DNA of 64,000 nt from an uncultured Verrucomicrobiae bacterium. Its GTDB lineage: Bacteria; Verrucomicrobiota; Verrucomicrobiia; Chthoniobacterales; JAATET01. Every line of letters starts with the position of its first letter. The stretch's first letter is position 1. The notes beneath the pieces were generated by a model, which ran no database searches, was not told the DNA's origin, and saw nothing but the letters and a program-made list of their open reading frames with translations. The stretch spans positions 386,839 through 450,838 of the forward strand of contig CAVUDH010000001.1 of the NCBI GenBank assembly GCA_963740185.1, in the 5' to 3' direction. This document shows, piece after piece, positions 32,865 to 44,336 of the stretch. The translations under genes and the position numbers were made by a program.

Positions 32865-35800
32865 ACGCTCCCGACCACGCTGCTCCCGCCGAGCGCCGTT
32901 CCAACCTCCCCGACCCAACCCGAATCCGGCAGCGCATACGGTCGAAAAATCTCCATCGTCCCCGAATGATCGCTGTAAAGGATCGCGCGATGCAGCCCCA
33001 AATTCCCCGCCCGTGGCGAGTCGATCAAGCTCGCCGAATCGTTCGCGCTCATCTGAAAAACCACCCTCATCTCGAACTCCGACAGCGCCTTCCGGTTGAT
33101 GAACCGCCCCACGCTATTGAAACCATCGACCGACGCCAACACGTGCATCCCCAGCGCTCCACCCTCCGCAATCAGTTCGCCAAACTGCGAGGCCGCGCTC
33201 GGACCACTCTCCGACATCGAGAAGTCGAACTCGTCCGCCGCCCGCAGTTTCCGAAACCGCTGCAGCCCGTGCACCAGCAGGAACGTCTCCACCGCATCGC
33301 CCCCAGCCCCACCGTTCTTCCGTCGTTCCAACTCCCCGCCCAGCATCGCCATCACTTCCTCCAGATGCTCCGCTCCCCCCACCGTCACGTCGTGCCCGAC
33401 CGCGCCCACCATCTCCTCGACAAACCGCCAGCCCGCCGAATCCGACGCCAACTGGTGCAATAAAATCAACCGCACCCCGCCCACCGGATACTGCGCCGAC
33501 AGCGCGGCCAACGACACCCCCAGCATCGCCAGCGCCGCATCGTCCCGCTGCCCCACGATGAGCAGATTGCTCCCACTCTGCCGCGCGAACCGGGCCTCGG
33601 TCGGCCCCTTGATCGAATTCGGCGCCCCCAGCCACACCCGCGCCTCCGGCGGCACCGCCGTCGGACGCACCCGCAGCGCGTGCGCCAGCACCGGATTCTT
33701 CCCGCACCTCCGCCGGCGCGTTCCCCTCGAAGACCACCGGAGCCGCGTCCATTTCCGGACTCGCCTCCGCCATCGCCCGCACCCGATCCAATTGCGCATC
33801 CCGTTCCTCGTCCGACAGCCAGCACACCTGAAACGGACTGTTCCCCTCCATCGCCCCCGACGCGTCGTTGTAAATCCCCTCGCCCGGACGCGACAGCAAC
33901 CTCGGCGCGGCATTGTCATCATCCATGATCAAATACGCGTCCGCCTCGTTGCATTGCAGCGCCACCCGGATCGCCATCTGCCCCAGCGTCGCCCGCGCCA
34001 GCGAGTACGCCCCACCCAAAGTCTGCGACCCCAGGATCACGTGAATCCCAAACGCCCGCCCCTGCCGCACGATCCGGTCCAGCAACACCGACGCACTCTG
34101 CGCCGTCGCGTCGTCCTCCACGAAAAATTCCTGAAACTCATCGATCATCAACAACGTCCGCGGCAACGCCTCAAAATCCTCGCCACTCTCCGCCTCCCGC
34201 CGATAACCCGCCAGATCCTGAACCCCCGCCTTCCGAAACAGATCTCCCCGCCGCCTCAGTTCTTCATCCAACCGCTCCAGCACGCTCAGCCCAAACTCCC
34301 GATCGCTCTCCACCGCCACCACCCGCGCGTGCGGCAGCCGCTTGCTCGCGTAGCACTTGAACTCCACGCCTTTCTTGAAATCGATCAGGTAAAATTCCAC
34401 CTCCCTCGGACTGCACGTCAGCGCCAGATTCGTCACGATCACGTGAAACAACGTCGATTTTCCCGACCCCGTCTTACCCGCGATCAACGCGTGCTGCCGC
34501 GTCCCCTTCCCGATCGCCAGCATCTGCTGCTTCGTCGCGCCCGACCGGCCGATCGCCACCCGCAGCTCCCGCGTCGTATCGCCCTCCCACAACACCTCCG
34601 GCGCGATCTGATCGAACGGCACCTCCACCCGGTTCGAATCCACGCTCGCACTCCCCAGAACCTCGATAAACTTCAACCCGAGTTCCGCCGACGGAGCCGC
34701 GTCGAGCGCCAGGCGTGCGTCCGCCCGCACCGTCCCGCAGTCCAGCGTCAATCCATCCCGCCCCCCCTGCACGCCCACACTGCTCGAGCGCAATTCCTCG
34801 GCCGGAAAGCCCGTCGGCAACGCCTGCCGCCGGTCCCAATGAATCAGCGTGTGGACCCCGCACCGCGGCCCGCTCGTAATCACGCTCTGCAGCCGCTTGA
34901 CCGCCGTCTCACTGAACCCCGCCGGAAAATCCGCGATCACCAGAAAGTGATACTTCTCCGCCGTGCTTCCCGCCCGCTCGTTGTATTCCGCGATCGTCGC
35001 GTATTCGTCGCGCAGATACATCTGGATCACCTTCTCGATGTGCGCGTTCAACTCCGCCAGCCGCTCCTCGATCTGATCCGGCTGCGTCCAGATCCGCCGC
35101 GTGATCAGACTCTCCTCGTAATCCCCCAGGTGCATCAGTCCTGCGAAGTTTTGGCCCAGCCCGACCGGGTCCAGAATCGTGAAACTCAGCTTCCCCGGCG
35201 GCGTCGTCGCCAACAGCCTCAGGATCACCTGATTCAGACACGACATCACCGCCCCATCCACCGCCCCCGGCGTCTCGAACAACAGCGACCCCGTCTCCGG
35301 AAACGTCAACGCCAGCGGAATCGACACCTCCCGCGACCCCGGCAACTCCAACCGCGAATCCGCCGCCATCGGCACCTCCACCTCGAGTCGCGCAAATTTC
35401 GTCGCCAACAAAAACCTCTCCGTCGGCTCCCAACCCTCCACAAATTCCGTCGTCCACTCCGGAAACGCCTCCGCCGCCAACGCGTTCACTTCCCCGATCT
35501 CCGCGTAGATCGGCTGGATCTCCGACTCCCACCGCTCCACCAGCTCCCCCCACCGCCGCTCCCGCTCCGCCTCGAAGACTCCCCGAGCCTCCGCATTCCC
35601 CGCCCGCGCCGCTTCACCCGCGCTCCGCCCCGCCGCCTCCAGCTTCGTCAGCCGCTCACCCACCTCCCGCTCCAGCCGGGCCAACCTCGCATCGACCAAT
35701 TCCTCGTTCCGCGCCAAAGCCCGCGGCACCGCCGCCCGCAACCGCTCCCGCTCCCGCGCCGCGAAACCCGCCTTCTCCTCGTCCGCCCGCTCCATCTTGT

Positions 35801-36725
35801 TCCCGATCTCCGCCTCCAGCGCCGCCTCCTCGTCCGCGATCCGTTTCAGTTCCCCCTCGTATCCCGTTTCCGCCGCCAGCCGAGCCGCCGCGAACCCCGC
35901 CCGCGCCCGGTGCACGGCTGAAACCACCCGTCCCGCGCGCTCCCGCGATTGCACCCGAGCCAGGACGTGCAGCGCCACCAAACCGACCCCCACCAATCCA
36001 CCCACCGTCAACAGCCGGGTCCAATCCGCCGTCCCCGCCTGCTCGCCAAACCAATAAACGGCGAACCCCACCGCGCCCAGCGACACCGGCAACGGCGCGA
36101 AACTCAGCACCCGCGGCAACACCAATTCCCGAAACTCCGCCAACTCCCGCTCCGCCTCGTCCAGCGCCGTCTCCACGTCCCCCGTCGTCTCCACCGCCCC
36201 CTTCCCCCACTGCAGCCGCACCAGATAGCTCAAAAACCCCGTGAACGAATCCCGCGCCCTTCCCCGCAACTTCCGCAACCTCACCGCCTGCCCCGCCAGC
36301 ACCGCCTCCGCCCGACCTTCCTCCGCCGCGCCCCGTTCCGCCGCCAATTCCCGCGACCGCGACACGTGCCGCATCTGCAACTCGCCCAGCCACCGCTCCC
36401 GCACCTTCTGCGCCCGCACCGGCAGCGTCCGCAGCGCGTCCCGCCCCGCCACCTCGATCCGCTCACGCCGGCCCGCGCGCACCTCCGCCAATCTCGCCCG
36501 CTCCGCCTCCAAAAACTCCCGCGTCGCCCCCGCACCCCGCGCATCCTCCGCGACCGCCGCCGCAACCCGCTCCTCCGCCTCCCGCTCGACCTCCCGCTCG
36601 CTCAACCGCAACTCCCGCGCCAGCTCCCGCTCCTCCTTGGCAAAGGCATCCAACGTCCCGTCCAGCCGCTTCAACAGCTCCAACCCCCGCCCCACGTCCA
36701 AACTTTTTAAGGCATTCTCACTCAT
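32861..36725 (-). CDS. EssC/EccC-like FtsK/SpoIIIE-family ATPase (about 1285 aa), frame break at 33701-33703
   Basis: The N-terminal ~450 aa are coiled-coil with two TM helices, followed by three FtsK-like modules. Only the middle module has Walker A GKTGSGKS (34454-34477) and Walker B LLMIDEF. The third module continues in ORF 32861-33922. Confidence 0.8.
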
Positions 36726-36760
36726 CAAACCATCAACCAATAACCATCAACCAATAACCA
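36723..36760. repeat. Heptamer array (CCATCAA CCAATAA CCATCAA CCAATAA)
   Basis: Fills the spacer between the 70-aa gene and the ATPase start on the opposite strand. Confidence 0.8.
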
Positions 36761-36765
36761 CGCAC

Positions 36766-36978
36766 TCACTCACACTCGCTCCGCACCTGACGCAAAAACC
36801 GCTCGATTCCCCCCATCCCCTCCAGCGACTTCCCGATCACCGACGGCATTGCCTCCAGGTAATCGCTCTCGAAATGATCCGCCTTCGCGTCCCGCCAATG
36901 CACCCGCACCTCCTCCCAATTTCGGGAGAGTTCCTTCCCGCTTTCGGACAAGGCGGCGGCAGTGGCTTTCAGGCTCAT
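36766..36978 (-). CDS. 70-aa helical protein with W-x-D...F motif (WXG100-like half?)
   Basis: ..NWEEVRVHWRDAKADHFESDYLEAM... ATGA overlap with the upstream gene. Confidence 0.55.
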   Translation of the reverse strand: MSLKATAAALSESGKELSRNWEEVRVHWRDAKADHFESDYLEAMPSVIGKSLEGMGGIERFLRQVRSECE

Positions 36979-37514
36979 GAGGGGAATTCGTTCGCGGAGT
37001 CGGGTTCGGCGGCGACGGTCTCAGATTCCGTCCCGCCCGCTCCGCTTCGATCAACGTAGACATCGAGCGCCCGCTGCACGTTCGATAAAAACGCGATGGC
37101 CTCCGGAAGCTCGTGGTCAGCCGCCATCCGCAGCCCCCCGAGCTGCTTCACCAGCGGGTCCACCACGATGTCGAATTGCCGCGCCCAATACTTCACCCGC
37201 CGCAGCTTCTCCTCCGCCTCGTGCAACTCCCGCCGCGACTGCGTTACCGCCTGCTGTTGCGCCGCCTTCTCCTCCCGCAACGACGACATCCTCGCCGCCA
37301 GCAACTCCTGCTGCGCCTCGTCGACCCGCTTCGCCCGCCGCCGCACCTCGCTTTGCCAAAAAAACCGCCGGTCGTTGACCACCCACTCCCGCGTCCGCCG
37401 CACCTCCGCGTTCACCTCATCCAGCGACCGACGCGCCACCTCCGTGAACAAAATCAAACGCGACCGGAACGATCCCAACGCCTCCACCGACGTCACGTGA
37501 GCCTCGGTCGCCAT
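36975..37514 (-). CDS. 179-aa coiled-coil protein of the WXG/FtsK cluster
   Basis: Heptad-rich, charged sequence. 6-nt gap from the WXG-like gene and a 4-nt overlap with the next gene. Confidence 0.6.
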   Translation of the reverse strand: MATEAHVTSVEALGSFRSRLILFTEVARRSLDEVNAEVRRTREWVVNDRRFFWQSEVRRRAKRVDEAQQELLAARMSSLREEKAAQQQAVTQSRRELHEAEEKLRRVKYWARQFDIVVDPLVKQLGGLRMAADHELPEAIAFLSNVQRALDVYVDRSGAGGTESETVAAEPDSANEFPS

Positions 37515-37520
37515 CTCCCC

Positions 37521-37802
37521 CTACCGTTGATCCAGATACTGTTCGATCCGCTGCGCCTTCCGCATCAGGTAAGGCGTGTGCTTGTCCGCCACTTCCACAA
37601 ATCGCTTCAGCGCCTTCATCGTCACCACAAATTCCTCCGCAAATTTGTCGTGTTCCTGGTCCTGCCAACTTCCGCCCAGCGCCGCGAACCGCGCCTGCAA
37701 CGACCCCGCCCTCACCTGCACGTCCTCGGTGAACCGCTTCAACTCCGAAGCAAACCGCCGCACCTCCTCCGGATCCATAATCGCCTGCGCCATAAAATGC
37801 AT
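37521..37802 (-). CDS. WXG100-like small helical-hairpin protein
   Basis: 93 aa (or 90 from the ATG at 37793). M.QAIMDPEEVRRF... and central ..LGGSWQDQEHDKFAEEF.. parallel the EsxA pattern as I recall it (IKMSPEEIR ... NWEGQAFSRFEEQF). W codon at 37665-37667. Confidence 0.68.
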   Translation of the reverse strand: MHFMAQAIMDPEEVRRFASELKRFTEDVQVRAGSLQARFAALGGSWQDQEHDKFAEEFVVTMKALKRFVEVADKHTPYLMRKAQRIEQYLDQR

Positions 37803-37883
37803 TCTACCTCCCCTGTCATTTTGAGCGCAGCGAAAAATCTCTGACTTACACTCGACCCTCGCGATACTCTCGCCAGCTTCCGA

Positions 37884-37931
37884 TCACCAGTCACCCCCTC
37901 CACCAATCACCAGTCACCAGTCACCAATCAC
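37884..37931. repeat. Heptamer array (TCACCAG/TCACCAA type)
   Basis: Abuts the ATG of the ABC gene. Lies in the divergent promoter region shared with the WXG cluster. Confidence 0.8.
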
Positions 37932-39768
<1,837 letters not shown>

Positions 39769-39789
39769 CGCGACGGGATGATGATTCTC

Positions 39790-39862
39790 GCGCGCAGCCG
39801 CAGAGCCGCAAAGAATTTCGATTCAGAAATGTATTTCCTCCGCGTCTCTGCGCCTCTGCGCG
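39790..39862. repeat. Imperfect inverted repeat (CGCGCAG..GCAGAGCCGCAAAGAA / TTCCTCCGCGTCTCTGC..CTGCGCG)
   Basis: ~25-nt arms with a 20-nt loop, just after the ABC stop codon. Related half-sites at 7565-7600 and 57950-58050. Confidence 0.6.
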
Positions 39863-39966
39863 AGCCTCCGCATCGTATTTCCTTCCACCCTCACCGATCC
39901 CCCACGTCCCCCAACTCCTCCGCCTGAGCTTCCTTCCGCTCGCGCTGCCGATGCCTCACCCGACTC

Positions 39967-40557
39967 TCACCAAAGCCCGCCCGGCCACGCGTCGTCCGCC
40001 TCCCGCGCCGCCGCCTCGTGCTTGTCGATGAGCGCCGTCAGCGGATCAGGTGCGCCGAGAATTTCGTCCGGCAACGCCCAGATTCTCTCAAAGGTCCGCC
40101 GCCTCGCCGTCGCCTCGTCGGAAGGATCGAGTGGATTCGCCTCCCGCGCCAAATGATCGCGCCAACTCTCGAGGTCCCGGGCCAGGGCGTGATGCCGTCG
40201 AAACCAATTCCGCGCGGTCTTCTGGGCCTCGTCCAGCCAGCGAAGCAGGTCCAATCGATCCACCGAAGCGAGTCTCGCCTCCGCCGCCGTCCGGTTCCGT
40301 TCCACTCCGGCCAGCACCGAGTGCCAGACGATCAGGAAAACCTCCGTCCGCGATCCCCGCTCCTCCTTCCGACAGGAGTCACACCAGAGTTCCTCCCGGA
40401 TGATCCCGTAAACCACGGGGCTCGAACTCAAGACCGAGCCGATCTTAAAAGTCGCCATCGCACAATCGAACTCCTTCGTCTGAAGGTCGGAAATTTCCTT
40501 CCCGCAAAACCCGCACGGAATCGCCGGCGAAAAATTGATCGTGTCGAACATCCCCAC
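39967..40557 (-). CDS. Hypothetical protein with Cys4 (CGFCG...CDSC) N-terminal module
   Basis: ORF with coding-like composition. No family recognised. GTG start, with an ATG 2 codons in. Confidence 0.45.
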   Translation of the reverse strand: MGMFDTINFSPAIPCGFCGKEISDLQTKEFDCAMATFKIGSVLSSSPVVYGIIREELWCDSCRKEERGSRTEVFLIVWHSVLAGVERNRTAAEARLASVDRLDLLRWLDEAQKTARNWFRRHHALARDLESWRDHLAREANPLDPSDEATARRRTFERIWALPDEILGAPDPLTALIDKHEAAAREADDAWPGGLW

Positions 40558-40871
40558 CCTTCCACGATAAGACGATCCTCGCCTTCATCAAGCCAAGGCA
40601 TTCGCATTCCAACTGTCGGCACCGCAATCAAGCTCCCCGCCCGCCGGGAAGCCACTTTGAATTATTCTTCCTCGCAGAGGCCCTGGCCGTTCAGCCCAGC
40701 TGGTTCCAGACGCGCTCCGGAAGCGGAAACTCGCCACCCAGCTCGGGCGGAGCTTCGTTGGGGCTCCCTCACTGCGAACCAAGACTGCAAATCAGGGACT
40801 TTTCGGTGCAGCGGGCACCTCGGAAGCCCCTTGCGTAAACCCTGGTCTACGTGCAACCGTGCTGCACGAAA

Positions 40872-41108
40872 ATGAACGTCACGTTGAAACTACCCGATCA
40901 TCTCTGTCGCGAGGCCAAACACCGCGCGATCCACGAGTCCAAATCCTTTTCACAATGGACCGCAGACTTGATCCGGCTCGAACTTGTCCGATCCCAACCG
41001 GATCGGAGGACTCTCCTCGAGCGCTTGGGAGATCCCGCGAGCGCCGATCAGGACTTCGAGCTTCCCGACCGGAACGACGATCGGGAACGACCCATCTCGT
41101 TTCGGTGA
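40872..41108 (+). CDS. vapB: VapB-type antitoxin (RHH-like)
   Basis: MNVTLKLPDHLCREAKHRAIHESKSFSQWTADLIR. Stop overlaps the GTG of the PIN gene (GTGA). Confidence 0.7.
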   Translation: MNVTLKLPDHLCREAKHRAIHESKSFSQWTADLIRLELVRSQPDRRTLLERLGDPASADQDFELPDRNDDRERPISFR

Positions 41109-41530
41109 ACGCGGTCCTACTCGACACGGTCACCATCTCCGAACTCCGCAAAGACAAACGAGCCGATCCGGCGGTCCAACGATGGCAGGAAACATCGCGG
41201 ACGTTCGAATCCTGGATCAGCGTCACGACACCTCTCGAAATCAGGGTCGGCATCCTTCGGGTGCGTCCCCGCGATCCAGCGTTTGCCGAAACCCTCGAAG
41301 CGTGGTTGCTGAACATTGTCCTGCCCGAATTCTCCGACCGCACCCTGGGGATTGACCTCACGATCGCACTCCAAGCCGCAGAATACCGGGTTCTCCACGG
41401 ACTGGCCCCCAACGACTCCCTCATCGCCGCCACCGCCAAAATCCACGGCCTCACCCTCGCCACGCGCAATGTCGCCGACTTCGCGAGCACCGGCATCGCG
41501 CTCGTCAATCCCTGGGAACTCCCCGCCTGA
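41105..41530 (+). CDS. vapC: VapC-type PIN-domain toxin
   Basis: Four PIN acidic positions in context: LLDT, TPLEI, NDSLIAATA, TRNVADF. Confidence 0.85.
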   Translation: MNAVLLDTVTISELRKDKRADPAVQRWQETSRTFESWISVTTPLEIRVGILRVRPRDPAFAETLEAWLLNIVLPEFSDRTLGIDLTIALQAAEYRVLHGLAPNDSLIAATAKIHGLTLATRNVADFASTGIALVNPWELPA

Positions 41531-41686
41531 ATTGCCACTCTCTTGCGGCTACGCACCCGCCGCACCCCCCAGCGGAACCCCGACAATCACCTCGCCCAGC
41601 GCCGGATTCAATACCTCCGCCCGCTCCACCGCCTCCGGCAACAGCCACCTCCCCACGAACGAGCCGAAAACCCTCACGAATTCAAT

Positions 41687-41954
41687 CCATCAACCAAAAA
41701 CCATCAACCGCGCCACCGGTGCCCTCGCCTTCGAAGCCGTTAACTTCCGCTACTCCTCCCGCGCCGACACCCGCCTCATCGCCAACCGCACCGCCCTCAT
41801 CATCGCCCACCGCCTGGCCACGATTCGCCCAGTCGACCGCATCTACGTGGTCGAATCCGGCACCGTCATCGAATCCGGCACCCACACCGAACTCACCGCC
41901 AACCCCCACGGCCACTACCGCCGCATCGCCGAAATGCAATTCACCCACCCCTAG
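41687..41954 (+). pseudogene. Remnant of an MsbA-like ABC gene (linker + start of NBD fused to the last ~60 codons)
   Basis: ..ALAFEAVNFRYSSRADT | LIANRTALIIAHRLATIRPVDRIYVVESGTVIESGTHTELTANPHGHYRRIAEMQFTHP*. Walker A through Walker B are missing. The 3' ~175 nt are roughly 90 percent identical by eye to 39590-39768. Confidence 0.78.
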
Positions 41955-41989
41955 CCAGCGGACTCTATCAGCTGATAAGCTCGAGCAGC

Positions 41990-42403
41990 TCAGCCCCGCT
42001 CACTCACCGCCTCACGGAGAAGCCCATCCAACTTCGTCAAATCAAACGGCTTCACGAAGTGCTCCCGAAAACCCGCCTCCAGACTTCGCCGCCGATCCGA
42101 GCCTCCGCCAAACCCGCTCATCGCGATGGCAAAATCCGGTGGATCATTCGCAATTTGCCCCAGCAGTTCCCACCCGCTTCCGTCCGGCAGCCCGATGTCG
42201 GAAATTAACACCTCACACCCGTCCGTGTTGAGCAGCCGAACCGCGTCTCTCACGGAACCTACCGCTCGCACCCGGTGGCCCGCCATCTCGAGATACATTC
42301 GCAGGTATTTCCGCGTGTCGGCATGATCTTCCACCACAACAATATTCAGCGATTCCGTGGCCAGGTTCCCGCATCGGTCCGCGCGCTCCCGGGAAGCGAT
42401 CAC
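41990..42403 (-). CDS. Single-domain CheY-like response regulator
   Basis: IVVVEDH...VLISDIGLPDGSG...AMSGF...KPF. The start is uncertain (GTG at 42403 is proposed; the ORF is open to 42679). Confidence 0.72.
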   Translation of the reverse strand: MIASRERADRCGNLATESLNIVVVEDHADTRKYLRMYLEMAGHRVRAVGSVRDAVRLLNTDGCEVLISDIGLPDGSGWELLGQIANDPPDFAIAMSGFGGGSDRRRSLEAGFREHFVKPFDLTKLDGLLREAVSERG

Positions 42404-42551
42404 AATCCCTTCCCCGATCGAGTTTGATTTTGATGTCCTCGGAAACCCACCTCTGCTGCATCGTTTCCCACCGGACCCGCGGCTCCCTTTTTCCTTCTCC
42501 CCAGCGAGCCGGGAATACTTGCACTCGTCCGCACTCCAACGAACGTATCCC

Positions 42552-43136
42552 ATGAAATTCCCCGACCCATTCCGCGTTGCCCTGGCAACCCTCATCTTCA
42601 CCACGATCCCCGCTATGAATGCTGCCGAAACCAAAAAAGCCGTCCTGGCCGCCGGATGTTTCTGGTGCGTCGAAGCCATCTACGAGCGGGTCCCCGGCGT
42701 CACCGACGTCATCTCGGGCTACGCCGGAGGTCACACGGAAAACCCCACCTACGAGTCGTCGAACACCGGTCGCACCGGCCACGCCGAAGCCGTCGAAATC
42801 ACCTACGACCCGGAAAAAGTCACCTTCGCCGACCTCCTCGATCCCTTCTTCAAGAGCTTCGATCCGACCGAGGGTCGCGGCGTCGCGCCCGACTTCGGCT
42901 CCCAGTACCGTCCCATCGCATTCTACTCGGACGCCGACGAGAAAGCGGCTATCGAAAAAAAAATCGCCGACCTTCAGCCCCAATACGACAAGCCCATCGC
43001 CGTCGAAGTGACCGAGCTCGAAAAATTTTGGGTCGCCGAGGACTACCACCAGGACTACGAGGAAAACAATCCGAACAATCCCTACATCCGCAACGTCAGC
43101 ATCCCCCGGATGAAGCGCGCTGGTATCACCGAGTAA
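42552..43136 (+). CDS. msrA: Peptide-methionine (S)-S-oxide reductase
   Basis: Signal-like N-terminus, then AGCFWCVE, GYAGG...NPTYE, GHAEAV...DP, EDYHQ.Y. Confidence 0.9.
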   Translation: MKFPDPFRVALATLIFTTIPAMNAAETKKAVLAAGCFWCVEAIYERVPGVTDVISGYAGGHTENPTYESSNTGRTGHAEAVEITYDPEKVTFADLLDPFFKSFDPTEGRGVAPDFGSQYRPIAFYSDADEKAAIEKKIADLQPQYDKPIAVEVTELEKFWVAEDYHQDYEENNPNNPYIRNVSIPRMKRAGITE

Positions 43137-43145
43137 CCGCGCGCA

Positions 43146-43655
43146 TCACCCGCGCCGCTCGAGGAAAAACGCCTTCAGCAACCCGGCGCACGCCTCCGCC
43201 TCCACTCCGGAAACCACCTCCGCCCGGTGGTTCAACTGCGTCGTTCTCAGCAGATCGATCCATCCCCCTGCCGCCCCGCCCTTCGCGTCGGAACACCCGA
43301 AAATCACCCGTCGCAGCCGCGCGTGGACGATGGCTCCCGCGCACATCGGGCACGGCTCCTTCGTCACGTAAAGATCGCAGTCCGTCAGCCGCCAATCCTC
43401 GATCACGGATTCCGCCTGGGTAATCGCCAGCATCTCGGCGTGCGCCGTCGCGTCGGTCAGTGTCTCGACCTGATTCCAGGCTCGCGCGATGATCCGGCCC
43501 TCCCGCACGACCACCGCGCCGACCGGCACTTCCTCGGCTTCGTAAGCCCGCCTCGCCTGCCGCAGCGCCTCGCGCATGAAATACGCATCGCTCTCCAAAT
43601 CGATCACCACCGCCTCGTCATCCACGCAATCCGGTATAGTCGAAGCCACCGCCAT
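43146..43655 (-). CDS. tadA: tRNA adenosine(34) deaminase
   Basis: HAEM..I and TKEPCPMCAGAI zinc motifs. Confidence 0.88.
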   Translation of the reverse strand: MAVASTIPDCVDDEAVVIDLESDAYFMREALRQARRAYEAEEVPVGAVVVREGRIIARAWNQVETLTDATAHAEMLAITQAESVIEDWRLTDCDLYVTKEPCPMCAGAIVHARLRRVIFGCSDAKGGAAGGWIDLLRTTQLNHRAEVVSGVEAEACAGLLKAFFLERRG

Positions 43656-43673
43656 CCGCTAAAACATTCCGCC

Positions 43674-44336
43674 GTGAACGCCAGCAACGCCCGACCCACC
43701 ATCATCGCCCCTTCCATCCTGGCCAGCGACTTCAGCCGACTCGGCGAGGAAGTCGCCTCCGTCACCGCCGCCGGAGCGGACTGGATCCATTGCGACATCA
43801 TGGACGGCCACTTCGTCGACAACATCTCGTTCGGACCCGCGATCACCGAGGCCGCCAGCCGCCACACCAAACTCCCGCTCGACGTCCACCTCATGATTTC
43901 GCGACCGGATCAATACTTCGATCGGTTCACCGACTTCGCCGCCTCGGTCACGTCCCACGTCGAAGCCGACCACGACGTCGCCGACACCCTCCGGCGAGTC
44001 CGGGCCGCCGGGTGCCGCGCCGGACTCGCCATCAGCCCGCCGACTGACTTTTCGACCATCGAAGCATTCGTCGGGCAATTCGATCTGCTCCTCGTGATGA
44101 CCGTCAACCCCGGCTTCGGCGGCCAACCGTTCCTCACCGAGACCCTGGAAAAAGTCCGCGCCGCCGCCAGGCTTCGCACGGATCGACAGCTTGATTTCGA
44201 CATCGAAGTCGACGGCGGGATCACCGCCGAGACGATCGGCCCAGCGCGCGAGGCCGGAGCCAACGTCTTCGTCGCCGGCACCTCCGTCTTCAAAGCCGAC
44301 GACCGCAAGGCCGCCATCGCCTCACTCCGTCAGTAG
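43674..44336 (+). CDS. rpe: Ribulose-phosphate 3-epimerase
   Basis: IAPSILASDF, HCDIMDGHFV.N..FGP, DVHLM, MTVNPGFGGQ.F, DGGI. GTG start. Confidence 0.9.
   Translation: MNASNARPTIIAPSILASDFSRLGEEVASVTAAGADWIHCDIMDGHFVDNISFGPAITEAASRHTKLPLDVHLMISRPDQYFDRFTDFAASVTSHVEADHDVADTLRRVRAAGCRAGLAISPPTDFSTIEAFVGQFDLLLVMTVNPGFGGQPFLTETLEKVRAAARLRTDRQLDFDIEVDGGITAETIGPAREAGANVFVAGTSVFKADDRKAAIASLRQ

Noticed and set aside
33096-35921. 941-aa ORF on the + strand, antisense to the EssC-like gene. Similar long shadow ORFs occur at 994-2226, 9452-10978, 18338-19768, 46743-48416, 49257-50471, 51365-52573 and 58184-59980.
   Set aside because: Their translations are Arg/Pro/His-rich low-complexity strings with no motifs. 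Each lies opposite, or out of frame with, a gene that has clear family signatures. This is the typical absence of stop codons in high-GC DNA.
39967-40557. The Cys4 hypothetical protein considered as a third component of the vapBC module.
   Set aside because: It is on the opposite strand, separated from vapBC by a 314-bp spacer, and has no recognisable toxin, antitoxin or nuclease motifs. Only its position links it to the module.
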